Of a DNA stretch of 64,000 nt, positions 48,645 to 61,724 are shown in pieces (positions within the stretch are counted from its first letter, which is position 1; the number at the start of each line of letters is the position of its first letter). Origin of the DNA: Octopus sinensis (Eukaryota); contig NC_043004.1 of the NCBI RefSeq assembly GCF_006345805.1, positions 91,388,001 to 91,452,000 on the forward strand, read 5' to 3'. Position numbers and translations under genes: made by a program. Under the pieces are notes generated by a model. It searched no databases and was not told where the DNA came from. It saw nothing but the letters and a program-made list of their open reading frames with translations.

Positions 48645-49096
48645 TTAATCCTTTAGCATTCAGATTACTCTGTCAAGTGTAATAATTATTTATTCATATT
48701 GTTTTGAATTAATCTTGCATAATCTTTTGGCTTTGAGATTTCAATGATGTGATTGTATATTTTTAGAATGACATTGTAGGATAGATGTGAGAGGCCAGAT
48801 ATGGCCAGTTTGAACATAAGGCAGGTAGAATATGTTGGCTGGAATGACTGGTTTAACCTTTTCGTTACCAACCCGGCTGAAACCGGCTCTGGCTCTGTAG
48901 TACAAATGTCTTGTTTTCATAAGTTTTGAATTAAAATCTTCCACCAAACCTTAGTCACAGTTTATGTTCGTAACACCAGCTTAATGATAGCTAAGTTATT
49001 TTTCTAAATTCATTGTTATATTTAAAATAGTTGAAAGAAACACAGAGCATCTCAACAGAAATATGGTAACAAAAGGGTTAAATGCTAAAGAATTAA
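48645..49096. mobile_element. Nested TTAA MITEs: inner element 48857-49077 inserted in the right end of the outer one
   Basis: Inner TIRs CCTTTTCGTTACCA / TGGTAACAAAAGGG with TTAA at 48853-56 and 49078-81; the outer element matches 41951-42178. Confidence 0.85.
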
Positions 49097-49793
49097 GTGA
49101 AGTTGTTCCTAAAGAATCAGTTTTTCACTTTTTACACTGGTGCTTATAAAACTTAAATAGCATTAGCAGCATGGCTGTTTGTGTAGTCCTGCTGGTGTGA
49201 TGTTGTTGGGGTAGAAGTGTTTCTGTGATTTTGTGTAAGTGATGTTGCCGGTGAGGTGTTGTTGACGGAGTGTTGCTACCACTACTACCACCTTTGCCAT
49301 TTAAACATAACAAATCCAAGATAAAAGCAACAATATACAATTTGAGGTGGGATTTAGATATTATTTCTAGAATTTCAAGTCACCAGTTAGAGCCTCCCTC
49401 CTTTGCACACCACCACCTGAACTGATAAAAATAAGTATCAGATCAAATTCACCATGCCCATCCATCAAAATTTTATGACACTGTGTCAAAGTTGAAAAAA
49501 TCAATACAACAGCATGTATGAGAGAAGCTGAACTGTGCAGATCAGTGGGTTGACTAACTAAATTAGGTCATGGAATAATTCCGAGAGGGTTGCAGAGACA
49601 GAAGCTTTTAAAGTTGAAAATTTTGAGAATATAAAAAGATGTTCATAAATCCTTCACTTTCTGTTGATGTTGTCATTTTTTGCATGCCAACCTGTGTATT
49701 AACCCACCCCGTAATATTTTTTTATCCTCATATTTGCTAACTTTCTAATGATAATCTCTAGTTAATAATTCTTTCTAATATTGGCACAGGGGC

Positions 49794-50186
49794 TCTTTTA
49801 CTCTTACTCTTTTACTTGTTTCAGTCATTTGACTGCAGCCATGCTGGAGCACCGCTTTTAGTCGAGCAAATCGACCCCGGGACTTATTCTTTGTAAGCCC
49901 AGTACTTATTCTATCGGTCTCTTTTGCCGAACCGCTTAGAGTGACGGGTTGTCAAGCAATGCTAGAGGGACAAACACAGACACACAAACATATACATACA
50001 CATACGTATATATACATATATACAACAGGCTTCTTTCAGTTTCCGTCTACCAAATCCACTCACAAAGCATTGGTTGGCCCGAGGCTATAGCAAAAGTCAC
50101 TTGCCCAAGATGCCACGCAGTGGGACTGAACCCAGAACCATGTGGTTGGTAAGCAAGCTACTTACCACACAGCCACTCCTGCACCT
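49794..50186 (-). mobile_element. SINE family B
   Basis: Head and tail present, small internal deletion. Confidence 0.88.
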
Positions 50187-50481
50187 AAGATTTTCAGGGA
50201 AGGGGTTACTTGATTACACTGACCCCACTTCTCCTGGTGCTCAACTGCTACTTATTGATTCTGAAAGGATGAAAGGCAAAATCAATCTCAGTGGCATTTA
50301 AACTCAGAATGTAAAACCAGAAGAAATACTGCTAAGCGTTTTGTCCAGTGTGCTAACATTTCTGCCAGCTTGTTGCCTTAGTCTCTATTTGATAATAGCT
50401 GAAATAAATTTTGGCTGGCTGGCTGGCTGGCTGGTTGGTTGATTTATCCAGTCATGCTTTACATCATATACAGAAAGTATG

Positions 50482-50712
50482 GGCGGCGAGCTAGCAGAAA
50501 CGTTAGCACGCAAGGCGAAATGCTTTGCGGTATTTCGTCTGCCGTTATGTTGTGAGTTCAAATTCCGCCGAGGTTGACTTTGGCTTTCATCCTTTCGGGA
50601 TCGATGAAATAAGTATCAGTTGAGCACTGGGGTCGATGTAACCGACTTAATACCTATGTCTGTCCTTGTTTGTCCCCTCTGTGTTTAGCCCCTTGTGGGT
50701 AATAAAGAAATA
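50482..50712 (+). mobile_element. SINE family A1
   Basis: Full head, core and tail. Confidence 0.9.
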
Positions 50713-50921
50713 GGTAGTGGAGAGAGAGTAAAAAGTTAACATAAAAGATGCAGTTTGACGTTAAATTATAATTATTGTATGCATCCCATATTTACTTATA
50801 TTACCTATACCGTCCAACCCATGCTAGCATGGAAAACGGACGCTAAACGACGATGATGATGATGATGATACTGGTAAATGTATTCTTTCAAAGTTACTTA
50901 TCATATGACAGGTAATACTCC

Positions 50922-50952
<31 letters not shown>

Positions 50953-51517
50953 AGAGTTTCAAATTTTGGCACAAGGCCAGCAAGTTTGAGGGAAGGGAAT
51001 AAGTTGATTATATCGACCCAAATGTCCAATTTGTAGTTATTTTCTTGACCTCGAAAAGATGGAAGGCAAAGTCAACCTTGGTTGGATTTGAACTCAGACA
51101 AAATGCTGCTAAGCATTTTACTTGGTGTCCAAATGATTCTGCAAGCTGGCTGCTTTAGTAGTAGTAGTAGTAATAGTAGTAGTAATGAACTTATTTGTAT
51201 ACACTACTCAGGCACATTACACTCTGTGAGAAAGATACTGTGCCTGTGGTGGTGGTAGTGGTGGAAATGGTGGCGATGCTGATAGTGTTGCTGATGGTGA
51301 TGATAATAACCAGTATTATCTCTTCTAGTGTACCAAGATACTCTCTCTCTCTCTCTCTCTACTATCACTGTTACAATAGTCTATATCAGTGATACTTAAC
51401 AATCTTTTACCTCCAGACCTCTTCAATTTTTATTTTTCTCAGGTGGATCTTCATCTTTAAAAAAATTCCCATCATATTTTTAGAATCATTATGAATTTCA
51501 TAAAAAAAATTGTTAAG

Positions 51518-51617
51518 CTGCGTAGCATCTTGGGCAAGTGTCATCTGCTATAGCCTCGGGCCGACCAAAGCCTTGTGAGTGGATTTGGTAGACGGAAACT
51601 GAAAGAAGCCTGTCGTA

Positions 51618-51675
<58 letters not shown>

Positions 51676-51901
51676 GAGGGTTTGTGTGTCTGTGTTTGTC
51701 CCCTTAGCATTGCTTGACAACCGATGCTGGTGTGTTTATGTCTCTGTCACTTAGCGGTTCAGCAAAAGAGACTGATAGAATAAGTACTGGGCTTACAAAA
51801 GAATAAGTCCTGGGGTCGATGTGTTCGACTAAAGGCGGTGCTCCAGCATGGCCGCAGTCAAATGACTGAAACAAGTAAAAAAGAGTAAAAAAAAAAAGGA
51901 G
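51518..51901 (+). mobile_element. SINE family B, 5'-truncated
   Basis: Starts at ctgcgtagcatcttgggcaagtg. Confidence 0.88.
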
Positions 51902-53456
51902 TAAAGCTATTTTGGTGAACGAAGAAATATAAGAAATTTATTGAACATAAATTTTAACAAAAAAAAAAAATCTTGTATGGACCTCCTCCAAGGGTCATAT
52001 GGACCTCACCCACCAAGAGTCAAGTGGACCCCCAAGCGTCATATGGACCCTGGTTGGGACCCACTGGTCTACACTCACTTGAACTGGACCACACTAAAAG
52101 GGCATCTCTGATGAATCTGTTGTTGTTGTAGTGCAAAGCAACTGTAGTATGTGGTGATGAAGAGTGTTGATGCAGTGAGAAGAGGTTGTGGTATAGAATG
52201 GTTATTGTATGTAGTGGTGTAGTATGTTATGGTTATAGTGTTGCAGATTTATGATTAAACAGGTGATGTACCCAGTTCTGTATTATGATCATTAAAGCTT
52301 ACCCAATTAACCTGCTTCCCCTCTTATCACCCCCAACTGTTTCACTTCTCTGTCCCCGCCTCCTAGAAATTTCCCTCGTCTCCTTTGCTCCCCCTCCACT
52401 CGACTTTTCCCTACAGGCTCTGATGTGCAAAATTTCAAGCTGAACATAGCTCCATCTAGCACATCAGTCTGGGAAGGTGTGGAGGGGGGACATCAAAGAG
52501 TCACAGGCATTACACCACCTCCATCCACAGCTACTCCGCTGACTAAATAATTTAAAGAGAAAAAAAAAAAGACACACACAAATAACATAAAAAATGGCGA
52601 ACTGAATTATTGAGAATGAAAAAGTATCTTGTAGTTTGAGAGTGAGGTCGGTTGTATTGACTGTAACCCTTGGCTCTTTGGTAGCGGGCCGTGTGCCAAG
52701 TGAAATCAATATAATGGCCGAGTAGTGAAGGAAGGAAGAAGTATCGGTCAGAAGAGTGAATCAATAAGCAAAAGAATAGGAATAGTTGTGTCATTAAACA
52801 ACACATAAAAAGCAACCCCAAACAAACAAACAAAGTCATATCTACCATGTCATTATTTCCTAAATACTGTTTGTTATTGTTGTTGTATTGTTTAGCCCTT
52901 AATCAACCCTGATCAAACAGGCCTTTAATCAAATACATTCCAATCATGACTATCCTTGTCTTTCATTCTATTTTTCTTCCAACATATTGTATCTCGGACA
53001 GCATGACTGAATCTATGCTTTCCTTTTTTTCAGGACAGTAGGGTGTGACATGAGGGAGATTTGGTTGCTATTTCTAGCAAGTTGAGTGACTGCATAGAAG
53101 TTTCCTTTGTTGGCTTGAAACACTTTGATTTCCAAACATCTCAGTTTTTATGACAGCATCATTAAAGGGAGCAACAGTGATAAGGACCACATTGTCCAAT
53201 GTATATATCTTTATCTTCCCTTTTGGATGGTGGAGAGTTGTTCAAATGAGATCCAGCTGCTATTTTTAGCAGTCAAGCTCCTACACAGTAGCTCCCCTTT
53301 GGATTCAGGACTGTTCCACTAGTAATGTAATTGGAGCCAACAAGTTCAAGAAATATTGCAATTTCATTCTCTAAATTCTGATTTCCTTTTTCATAGATTG
53401 ATGGATGTGTTCTGAATGAAGTAATCAATAAAGAAATACACCCCGCTATCTATCTA

Positions 53457-53528
<72 letters not shown>

Positions 53529-53587
53529 CATGAGTGTGTGTATACATATGTATATAACTGCATGTGTGTGTGTGTATCTGGTAGTAT

Positions 53588-53982
53588 CTTTTATCTTTTG
53601 CTTGTTTCAGTCATTAGATTGTGGCCATGCTGGGGCATCACCTTGAAGGATGTTTAGTCAAATGAATCAACCCCAGTTTTTTTTTTTTTAAAGCCCGGTA
53701 CTTATTCTATCAGTATCTTTTTTTGCAGACCTGCTAAGTTGCAGGGATGTAAACATACCAACACTGGTTGTCAAGCAGTAGTGGGGGGACACAGACACAA
53801 AGGCACCCCTCCACACACACACACACATATGACTGGCCTGCCACAGTCCCTGTCCACCAAATCCATTCACAAGGCTTTGATGAGCCTGAGACTATAGAAG
53901 AAGACACCTACCCAAGGTGCCATACAGTGGGAACCATGTGGTTAAGAAGTGAACTTCTTACCACACAAGCACACCTGCACCT
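53588..53982 (-). mobile_element. SINE family B, diverged
   Basis: Same layout with many substitutions. Confidence 0.75.
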
Positions 53983-54228
53983 ATACATTCTTTTTATTTT
54001 TCAAAATAAGTTCAGATCTGTTAATCTAAATAGAACTTTTGTTGATGGTGTTGTGTAGTTCTATATAGAGCAAAGTTGTGGGATAAGATAATCGGTCAGA
54101 TAACAAGGCATGATCTACAGATCCAATGTTTCATTAACTATTTTGGCTTCTAGGATGAAAAAGATGCAAATGAGACAGTTTTAACTTTTCAATGTCTTAT
54201 TTATGAAAATTGAGATGGAATTCCTGCT

Positions 54229-54900
54229 ACACGCTAAACATCCTAGACTACACAACAGTACTGCTCACATATTTTGAACAGCTTCACAGTTACATACAGA
54301 AATCATAGACCACATTGGAGTACTACTGAAATAGCTGGGACAGTGCTGCTGTTACATACACACATAACCTAGACTACGTTACAATACTGTTCACATATCT
54401 CAGACAGTACTACTACTACAGACTGACATTCTAGGCCATATTACACTGCTTCTGCTACACACATACATGGACATCCCAGACCATATTAGAGTACTGCTCA
54501 TGTTTCCGTGACAGTGTTGTTGCTAGACTATGATAGAGTACTGTTTACATACTTTGTACAGTGCAGTGGTTACATGCAAACATCCTAGACAACACTACAA
54601 TTCTGCTCAAATGTACATAACAGTTATGCTTCTGTATACAGAAATGTACTAGATTACAGTACAGCACTGCTTACATATATTTTGGACAGAGCAGCTGCTA
54701 TACCATTCGTTTGAGATGACATTAGAGTACAGCTCAAATAGCTGAGATAGTGCTTCTACTACATAGACAGCTTAGACTACATTACAGTACTGTTCACATA
54801 AAAGTGGGGCAGTGCTGTTGCTACACACAGGAACATCCTAGACTCCATTAGTCTGCTCACATATATCGGACAGTACAGCTATTACATACACACTAACATT
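54229..54900. repeat. Diverged ~60-65-bp minisatellite, about 10 units
   Basis: Unit like acatcctagactacattagagtactgctcacatatct..gacagtgctgctgctacac; related units at ~19120-19300. Confidence 0.8.
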
Positions 54901-55320
54901 ATACACAATATTGCTCTATCACCAAAATGTTACATGATTGATTAATCAAGACTTCCCACCAACACTCTACAACCTCTATTTTACAGACACTCCGTCTTCT
55001 CACTGTGTGCCTATTCTAGCAATACTGCAGCAGTTTAAAGCCCATCAATATACATGTCTCTTACCTGTTGTTAACCATATTGTATCTTTAGGCTATGCAC
55101 CAAACCCTTTGACTAATCTTTTACTTCAGAGCTTTGTCTCCTTGAAATTTCCTCTCCACTACTTTTTTACTAAAGGAAGTGAATGTGCCAATGGACTTCA
55201 TGACCTCATCTCTGAGACTAGTGAGGTGTGCATGGTTGATGTTATTCTTGAACGGGTACAAACTGATGACTGTAGGGGATGATGTCCGAGAAAAGATAAA
55301 CTGGGCAAAGCAGTCAGTGT

Positions 55321-55549
55321 GGGCGAGTTGGCAGAAACGTTAGCACCCCGGGCGAAATACTTAGCAGTATTTCGTCTGCCGTTACGTTCTGAGTTCAAAT
55401 TCCGCCATGGTCAACTTTGCCTTTCATCCTTTCGGGGTCGATAAATTAAGTACCAGTTACGCACTGGAGTCCATGTAATCGACTTAATCCCTTTGTCTAT
55501 CCTTGTTTGTCCCCTCTATGTTTAGCCCCTTGTGGGCAATAAAGAAATA
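55321..55549 (+). mobile_element. SINE family A1 with an 8-bp TSD
   Basis: AGTGTGGG at 55316-23 and 55550-57. Confidence 0.9.
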
Positions 55550-55802
55550 AGTGTGGGGTCTGGGAGAAGGCATAACATCAATGATGAGAGTCTCGGGTTG
55601 AGATGGTATCAGGTCAGCCATCTTTGAGGATGAGAGGCCACCGAACTAACACTAGAAAGAGTAGGGTTATTCTTGTTCTTGTCATTTTTGCAAAGCAAAT
55701 ACAGTGCTTTTCATCTCTCTACATATCTATTTGCATTGCCATTTTAGACTACAAGTCTTTTCAGCTTTAAAGACAATAACGAAAAGATATTTGCTTGTTT
55801 GG

Positions 55803-56028
55803 TTAACCCTTTTGTTATATTTCTTTTGAACAATACTGCTTGCATTTCAATTAATTTTGAAATTAATGAAGAATTTAGGAAATAATTTGGTCATTATTAA
55901 GTTGGTGAATGGATCATAAATTAACAGGCAATTTTGATGGAAGCTTTCAATTTAGATCACTTTAAGACAAGTAATGTGGGTCACAGAACTAGTGGTGATC
56001 TCAAATGGATTGATATCAAAAGGGTTAA
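55803..56028. mobile_element. TTAA-flanked piggyBac-like MITE
   Basis: TTAA-cccttttg ... caaaaggg-TTAA. Confidence 0.7.
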
Positions 56029-56064
56029 AAGTAAAATTTACCTACTGTATTATGAAGCAAGGTG

Positions 56065-56375
56065 GAGGCACATGGCTTAGTGGTTAGAGCAGCGGACTCA
56101 TGGTTGAGGGATTGCGGGTTCGAATCTCAGACTGGGTGATGTGTGTGTTTATGAGTGAAACACCTAAACCCTACATGAATCTGGCAGAAAGTCATGGTGA
56201 ACTTCTGCTGACTCTTTCACCACAACTTTCTCTCACTCTTTCCTCCTGCATTTTGCAGCTCACCTGCGATGGACTGGCGTCCCGTCCAGGTGGGGAACCT
56301 ATATGCCAAGGAACCGGGAAATCGGCCATTATGAGCCAGGCATGTTTTGAGAAGGAACAAACAAAAACAATTATG
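56065..56375 (+). mobile_element. tRNA-derived SINE with V-domain-like segment
   Basis: ggcacatggcttagtggttagagc...gggttcgaatctc head; cctgcgatggactggcgtcccgtccagg motif; (ACAA) tail. Confidence 0.6.
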
Positions 56376-57149
56376 AAGCATATATTCTCACTAAAAAATA
56401 AAATTCTGAACAGTTTGTGAGTTACTGATTTTGAAAAAAGTAGGGAAAATATCATTGTTGTTGTTGTTTTTGTTGTATGCCTCTTATCCAGTAGGCATAC
56501 AACCAAAGGAGTCCAGCTGTGAGTATTCAGCCTTTTTTTTTTAGTGTATCTCAAACTACATCATTCAATATGTATTTCCTTTTTAGAATATAATTTGAGG
56601 AAGATTTAGAAGCTACTTCTAGCAGGTCAAGTAACCATATACACATTTCATTGTTGGCTTTACAGGAGGGTTTTCTCGACAGGGTTGGGCATGTTTGCTG
56701 CTATTTGAGTAGTGTTTTCCCCTGAAAATATTATTCATAAGCTCTCTTACTCAGGTTGCTATATAAATCCTGTGAAGAGTTTGTTTAAGTCAAGTTTTGC
56801 TAACAACTTGATGGAGACCCTCTCAACCAGCTAGAAATAGCAACTGACTCTCTCTCAAATAACACCCTACCATTTAAAAAAAGAGGACACATTAGATTAT
56901 AATAGTTCTAGATATCCTCAAAAAACTTATATGAGATAGTCATGGTAGAAATATTTTTGATTATATTTCTGCTGGGTTTGGCTCGATCTGTGACTAAACA
57001 ACAGCAACTAGACATTTATAATACAAACTTGAAGATGCTGAGTTAGCCCCAGATCCTTGATCTTTAACTCACACATGAAATATACCTTTACAAAAACATA
57101 CATACACACATTCACAAGTACAGTCACTTATATACGTACATACATACAT

Positions 57150-57572
57150 ACATGATGATGGCTGTCCACTCGTGACCGAGGAAGATCATTGCCGACCTTC
57201 AGGAACATTGTGCACTCTAGGACTAACTTATATTTTGCATTTGTGGCTCCGTTGGTGGCTAATGAGCCCTGCTCTTGACAAGCATACACGACTGCAAACA
57301 TTGCAGACCAAGCTTTCCCCATTCACTATACGAGCCGTGCGCTTTCGCGCAGCTCGCTTAAGTTCTTCATGCTGGATACGTGCTCTCTCAAAAGTGTTGA
57401 TCCCCTCCTTAACCTGCTTCCTCCATCTGTGGCGATGACAGGCATTGTTCTCCCAGTCAGTGTCCTGCATATCACAGGCCTTTAATGAGGACTTGACACA
57501 GTCCTTAAATCGCAGCCTTGTTTTCTGCCGGAGTCTCCTTCCATTCACAAGTTCTCCATAGAGCATACATAC
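57150..57572 (-). mobile_element. RTE/BovB-like LINE 3' end inserted in (ACAT)n
   Basis: MLYGELVNGRRLRQKTRLRFKDCVKSSLKAC...CNVCSRVCLSRAGLISHQRSH. Confidence 0.88.
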
Positions 57573-57935
57573 ATACATACATATGTATGTACATTACATA
57601 TATACATACACACATGCATGTATATGGACTGCATAACAAGAAATAAGATATACAAGGAAGCTACTTATCATTATTCAATCAATATCAGATATCAGTAACC
57701 AAGTGACAGAAAAGGCAGTATGCCAAACTAGATGCCTTGCAGTATTTAGTTGTTCCTCCTCCTCCTCATCATCATCATGATCAACATCATCATCATTTAA
57801 CACCCCCTTTTCTATGTTGGCATGGATTGGGTAGTTCTAGATGAACTGATGAGCCAAAGGACGATGCTGAGCTCCAATATCTGCTTTGGCATGATTTCTA
57901 CAACTGGATGCCTTTCCTAATGCCAACCACTTCAC

Positions 57936-58190
57936 AGAATGTTCTGAATGCATTTTACATGGCACCAGCACTGGTGAGTTGACCAAGTACCTGCAAGACA
58001 AGATCCCTCGGTCAAGTTGTGTATAGGATTAAGGGATATGAAAATATGAGGGACAAGAGCAGATGTCTTGCTGAAGGGGTGAAAACATGGCTTTTCCAGC
58101 TGTGTGCGTGCATGCATGTGTGTGTGTGTATTTGTGTGTTTGTGTGTGCGCGTGTGTGTCTGTGTCTGTGTGTGTGAGAGAGAGAAAGGG

Positions 58191-58258
<68 letters not shown>

Positions 58259-59040
58259 GGGTCAGAATAGGTGTAGATGAACAGAAAAGATGGTTGGGTA
58301 GCTAAATAAATGTGCTGACATGATTAGAAGTCAAGAAGCTTGCTTCATAACTATGTGGTTCTGGGTTCAATATGCATGGTACCTGAGGCAAATACCTTCT
58401 ATCATAACTTTGAGCTGACCAATATCCAGTGAGTAGAATTTGGTAGATGGAAACTTATGAAAGTTCATCAGACATAAATGCATGCATGAATGTGCACACA
58501 CACACACACACACGTACAAATGTATGTACGTATGTATGTATGCATGTGAAGTCCCTCTTAGTACCACTGGTAATATGTAACCCAGTATAACTTGTTGTAT
58601 GGTCAGGCCATTGGCAACTAGCCCAGTAATCCTCTCAAGTGTGCTTGGTAACAAGGGTGGTTTTCATTGGATACCCAGAAAAATGAATAACAAAACCTGT
58701 CAAAAGGGTGGATGAATTCAATAGAGTCAACAACCACCCAATAGATGTGAGAGAGAGAGACCCCTCACTTTGTATAAACATCTCTCTAGGAGAAAACCCT
58801 TATGTAACTCTAGTGGTTTCATTTGTATCCACTGTTCATAAGTTTCCATCTACTAAATTCTACTCACTGGATATTGGTCAGCTCAAAGTCATGATAGAAG
58901 GCATTTGCCTCAGGTACCATGCATATTGAACCCAGAACCACATAGTTATGAAGTAAACTTCTTGACTTCTAATCATGTCAGCACATTTATTTAGCTACCC
59001 AACCATCTTTTCTGTTCATCTACATCTATTCTGACCCTCA

Positions 59041-59071
<31 letters not shown>

Positions 59072-59313
59072 ACACACACACACAGACACACATGCGCACA
59101 CATGCACACACAAACACACAAATACACACACACACATGCACGCACACAGCTGGAAAAGCCATGTTTTCACCCCTTCAGCAAGACATCTGCTCTTGTCCCT
59201 CATATTTTCATATCCCTTAATCCTATACACAACTTGACCGAGGGATCTTGTCTTGCTGGTACTTGGTCAACTCACCAGTGCTGGTGCCATGTAAAATGCA
59301 TTCAGAACATTCT
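57936..59313. repeat. Large local inverted duplication
   Basis: Arms 57936-58461 and 58835-59313, 373-bp spacer; about 7 substitutions outside the microsatellites. Confidence 0.92.
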
Positions 59314-59542
59314 TCTTTTGGGGCAAATGCATATGTTGTTTAGGGACTGATTTTGTACAAGGCCTTTCCTTACTTTGGTGTTTAATATCTCTATTAAACT
59401 TCGGTTGAGAGTAAACATGATAAATTTTGTCCTATTATGTGTTGCATACTACGGGTAGTCAAATAAGGCAAAACACATAATGAAAATTTTGATGATGGAC
59501 GGGATGAAAGCATGTGACTGCTTTGATGGTAACTCTCTGAAG

Positions 59543-59769
59543 GTGGCGAGCTGGCAGAAACGTTAGCACGCCGGGCGAAATGCATAGCCGTATTTCGTCT
59601 GTCGTTACGTGAGTTCAAATTCCGCCAAGGTCGACTGTGCCTTTCATCCTTTCGGGGTCGATAAATTAAGTACCAGTTACGCACTGGGGTCGATGTAATC
59701 GACTTAATACCTATGTCTGTCCTTGTTTGTCCCCTCTGTGTTTAGCCCCTTGTGGGTAGTAAAGAAATA
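59543..59769 (+). mobile_element. SINE family A1 with a 15-bp TSD
   Basis: GGTAACTCTCTGAAG at 59528-59542 and 59770-59784. Confidence 0.93.
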
Positions 59770-59961
59770 GGTAACTCTCTGAAGATATGTTGCAAGAGGC
59801 GCCTATCATTCTTACATCTGTGCAAAAGTTTATAGGTCCCTAGCAGGACTAAAAAAAACATGTACATGCTGCTTTAAGAAAACAATCAAGTCATGGTATT
59901 GCTTAAAATGGGAGTTTCAGCAGTCATGTATGTACGTATGCTATATGTGTGATTATATGTA

Positions 59962-60463
59962 CCATAAATCCTCGAGTATAGTCCACCCGTGAGTATAATA
60001 TGCAGGGGATTTTTAGGGGATTGTACCTCTGAAAACCTTAAACCTTGTGTATAATATGCACCCCTTCTCTAACTTGAGTCAAGGAGGTATATAACGTCCT
60101 TGGTTTGTAAAAATGTATACAGTAACGTCCTTTATTATTATTGTATATATAACATAATTCAAACGTGTAGCTTTTTTCTGCATTTTGTTTGCAGAAAATA
60201 ACAGTAATAACGTTTAATAAATGTTACTTACTGCAAGTTATGGATGATTCTTTTATGACTTCATTGCTTTCAGGCTTAGCTTAAGGTATTTTCGCATCTG
60301 ACATCACAAAATGCATCTGAATAAACATTGCCGGACAGCAAATAGAGACTCGGACATTGCTTAGAAAATAATTTTCATTTTTAACCTTGTATATAGTAGA
60401 CACTAGGGATTTTGACCTTTAAATTTTGGGGAAAAAATGCGGATTATACTCAAGGATTTATGG
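59962..60463. mobile_element. pogo/Tc1-type MITE, ~500 bp
   Basis: TA-CCATAAATCCTCGAGTATAGTCCAC ... GCGGATTATACTCAAGGATTTATGG-TA (22/25). Confidence 0.85.
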
Positions 60464-60850
60464 TATATTTGTAAGCATGCGTATATCTTTTGCCAATGGT
60501 ACAACATCAAGGAGACAAAGACCAAAAATGATTCTTTGCAAATAGATTCTTCTGTGATACTGGTTGGATGAACACACGTGCATAAGTGCTTATGAATATG
60601 TATATATATTTTACTTATTTCAGTCATTTAGCTGCAGCCATATTGGAGCCCCAACTTGAAGGGTTTTAGTTGAACAAGTTGACCTCCAGGACTTATTTTT
60701 TAAAACCTAGTACTTATTCTATCAACTTCTTTTGCCGAATCTCTAAGTTACAAGGATGCAAACACACCAACACCAGTTGTCAAGCAATGATAGGGGGGAC
60801 AAATACAGACATAAAGACATACACATACATACATAATACACACACACATA

Positions 60851-61024
60851 TATATTAGAGGAAAAAGGACATCAACAAACAAGACAGAATGAGTATCTCA
60901 AGTCATTTAGAATATTTAATGAGAGCAATATGAATTTGATGCCTTACACTCAAATCAAATATTCTAAGTCACTTGAGATACTCAGCCTGCCTTGGTCTTT
61001 GTTGTCCTTTTCCCTCTAATATAT
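60851..61024. repeat. Imperfect fold-back, ~67-bp arms, beside (TA)n
   Basis: tatattagaggaaaaaggac...gagtatctcaagtcatttagaatattt / aaatattctaagtcacttgagatactc...gtccttttccctctaatata. Confidence 0.8.
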
Positions 61025-61171
61025 AGCTGCTAACTCGGAAGCCTACTACAGATCCCTAGCTCCAGCCTCAGATGACCAATTACACAGCATACCTATTTGT
61101 TTAGACCACCAGTGAACTAAACTACTCGTATTCTTACATGTATACAATTATGTATTAATGGAAAACCTCTG

Positions 61172-61264
61172 TAAATGGCTGATGACTGCTCAACATTTTA
61201 AAACTGTTGTAATACTTACAATATTTAATGAAATGATGTAGCGTGAAATGATCGTACCAAATTA
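61172..61264 (+). ncRNA. Second, partly decayed copy of the 9109 hammerhead family
   Basis: tgg-CTGATGA(61179-85)-ctgct...agcgt-GAAA-T-GATC-GTA(61254-56)-cca; flanks are homologous to 9091-9240. Confidence 0.65.
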
Positions 61265-61499
61265 CCAGAGATATTCTTGTTGCTTATTTTGTATATATAT
61301 ATATATATATATATACACATACATACATCATCATCGTTTAGTGTCCGCTTTCCATGCTAGCATGGGTTGGACGGTTCAACTGGGGTCTGGGAAGCCAGAA
61401 GGCTGCACCAGGCCCAGTCTGATCTGGCAATGTTTCTACGGCTGGATGCCCTTCCTAACGCCAACCACTCTGTGAGTGTAGTGGGTGCTTTTTACATAC

Positions 61500-61567
<68 letters not shown>

Positions 61568-61724
61568 TTCTTTCAGTTTCCATCAATCAAATCCACTCAC
61601 AAGGCTTTGGTCAGCTCAAGACTATAGGACTGACTATAGTAGACACTTGCCTAAGGTGCCATGCAGTGGGACTGAATCTAGAACCATATGATTGGGAAGC
61701 AAGCTTCTTATCACACAACCACGG

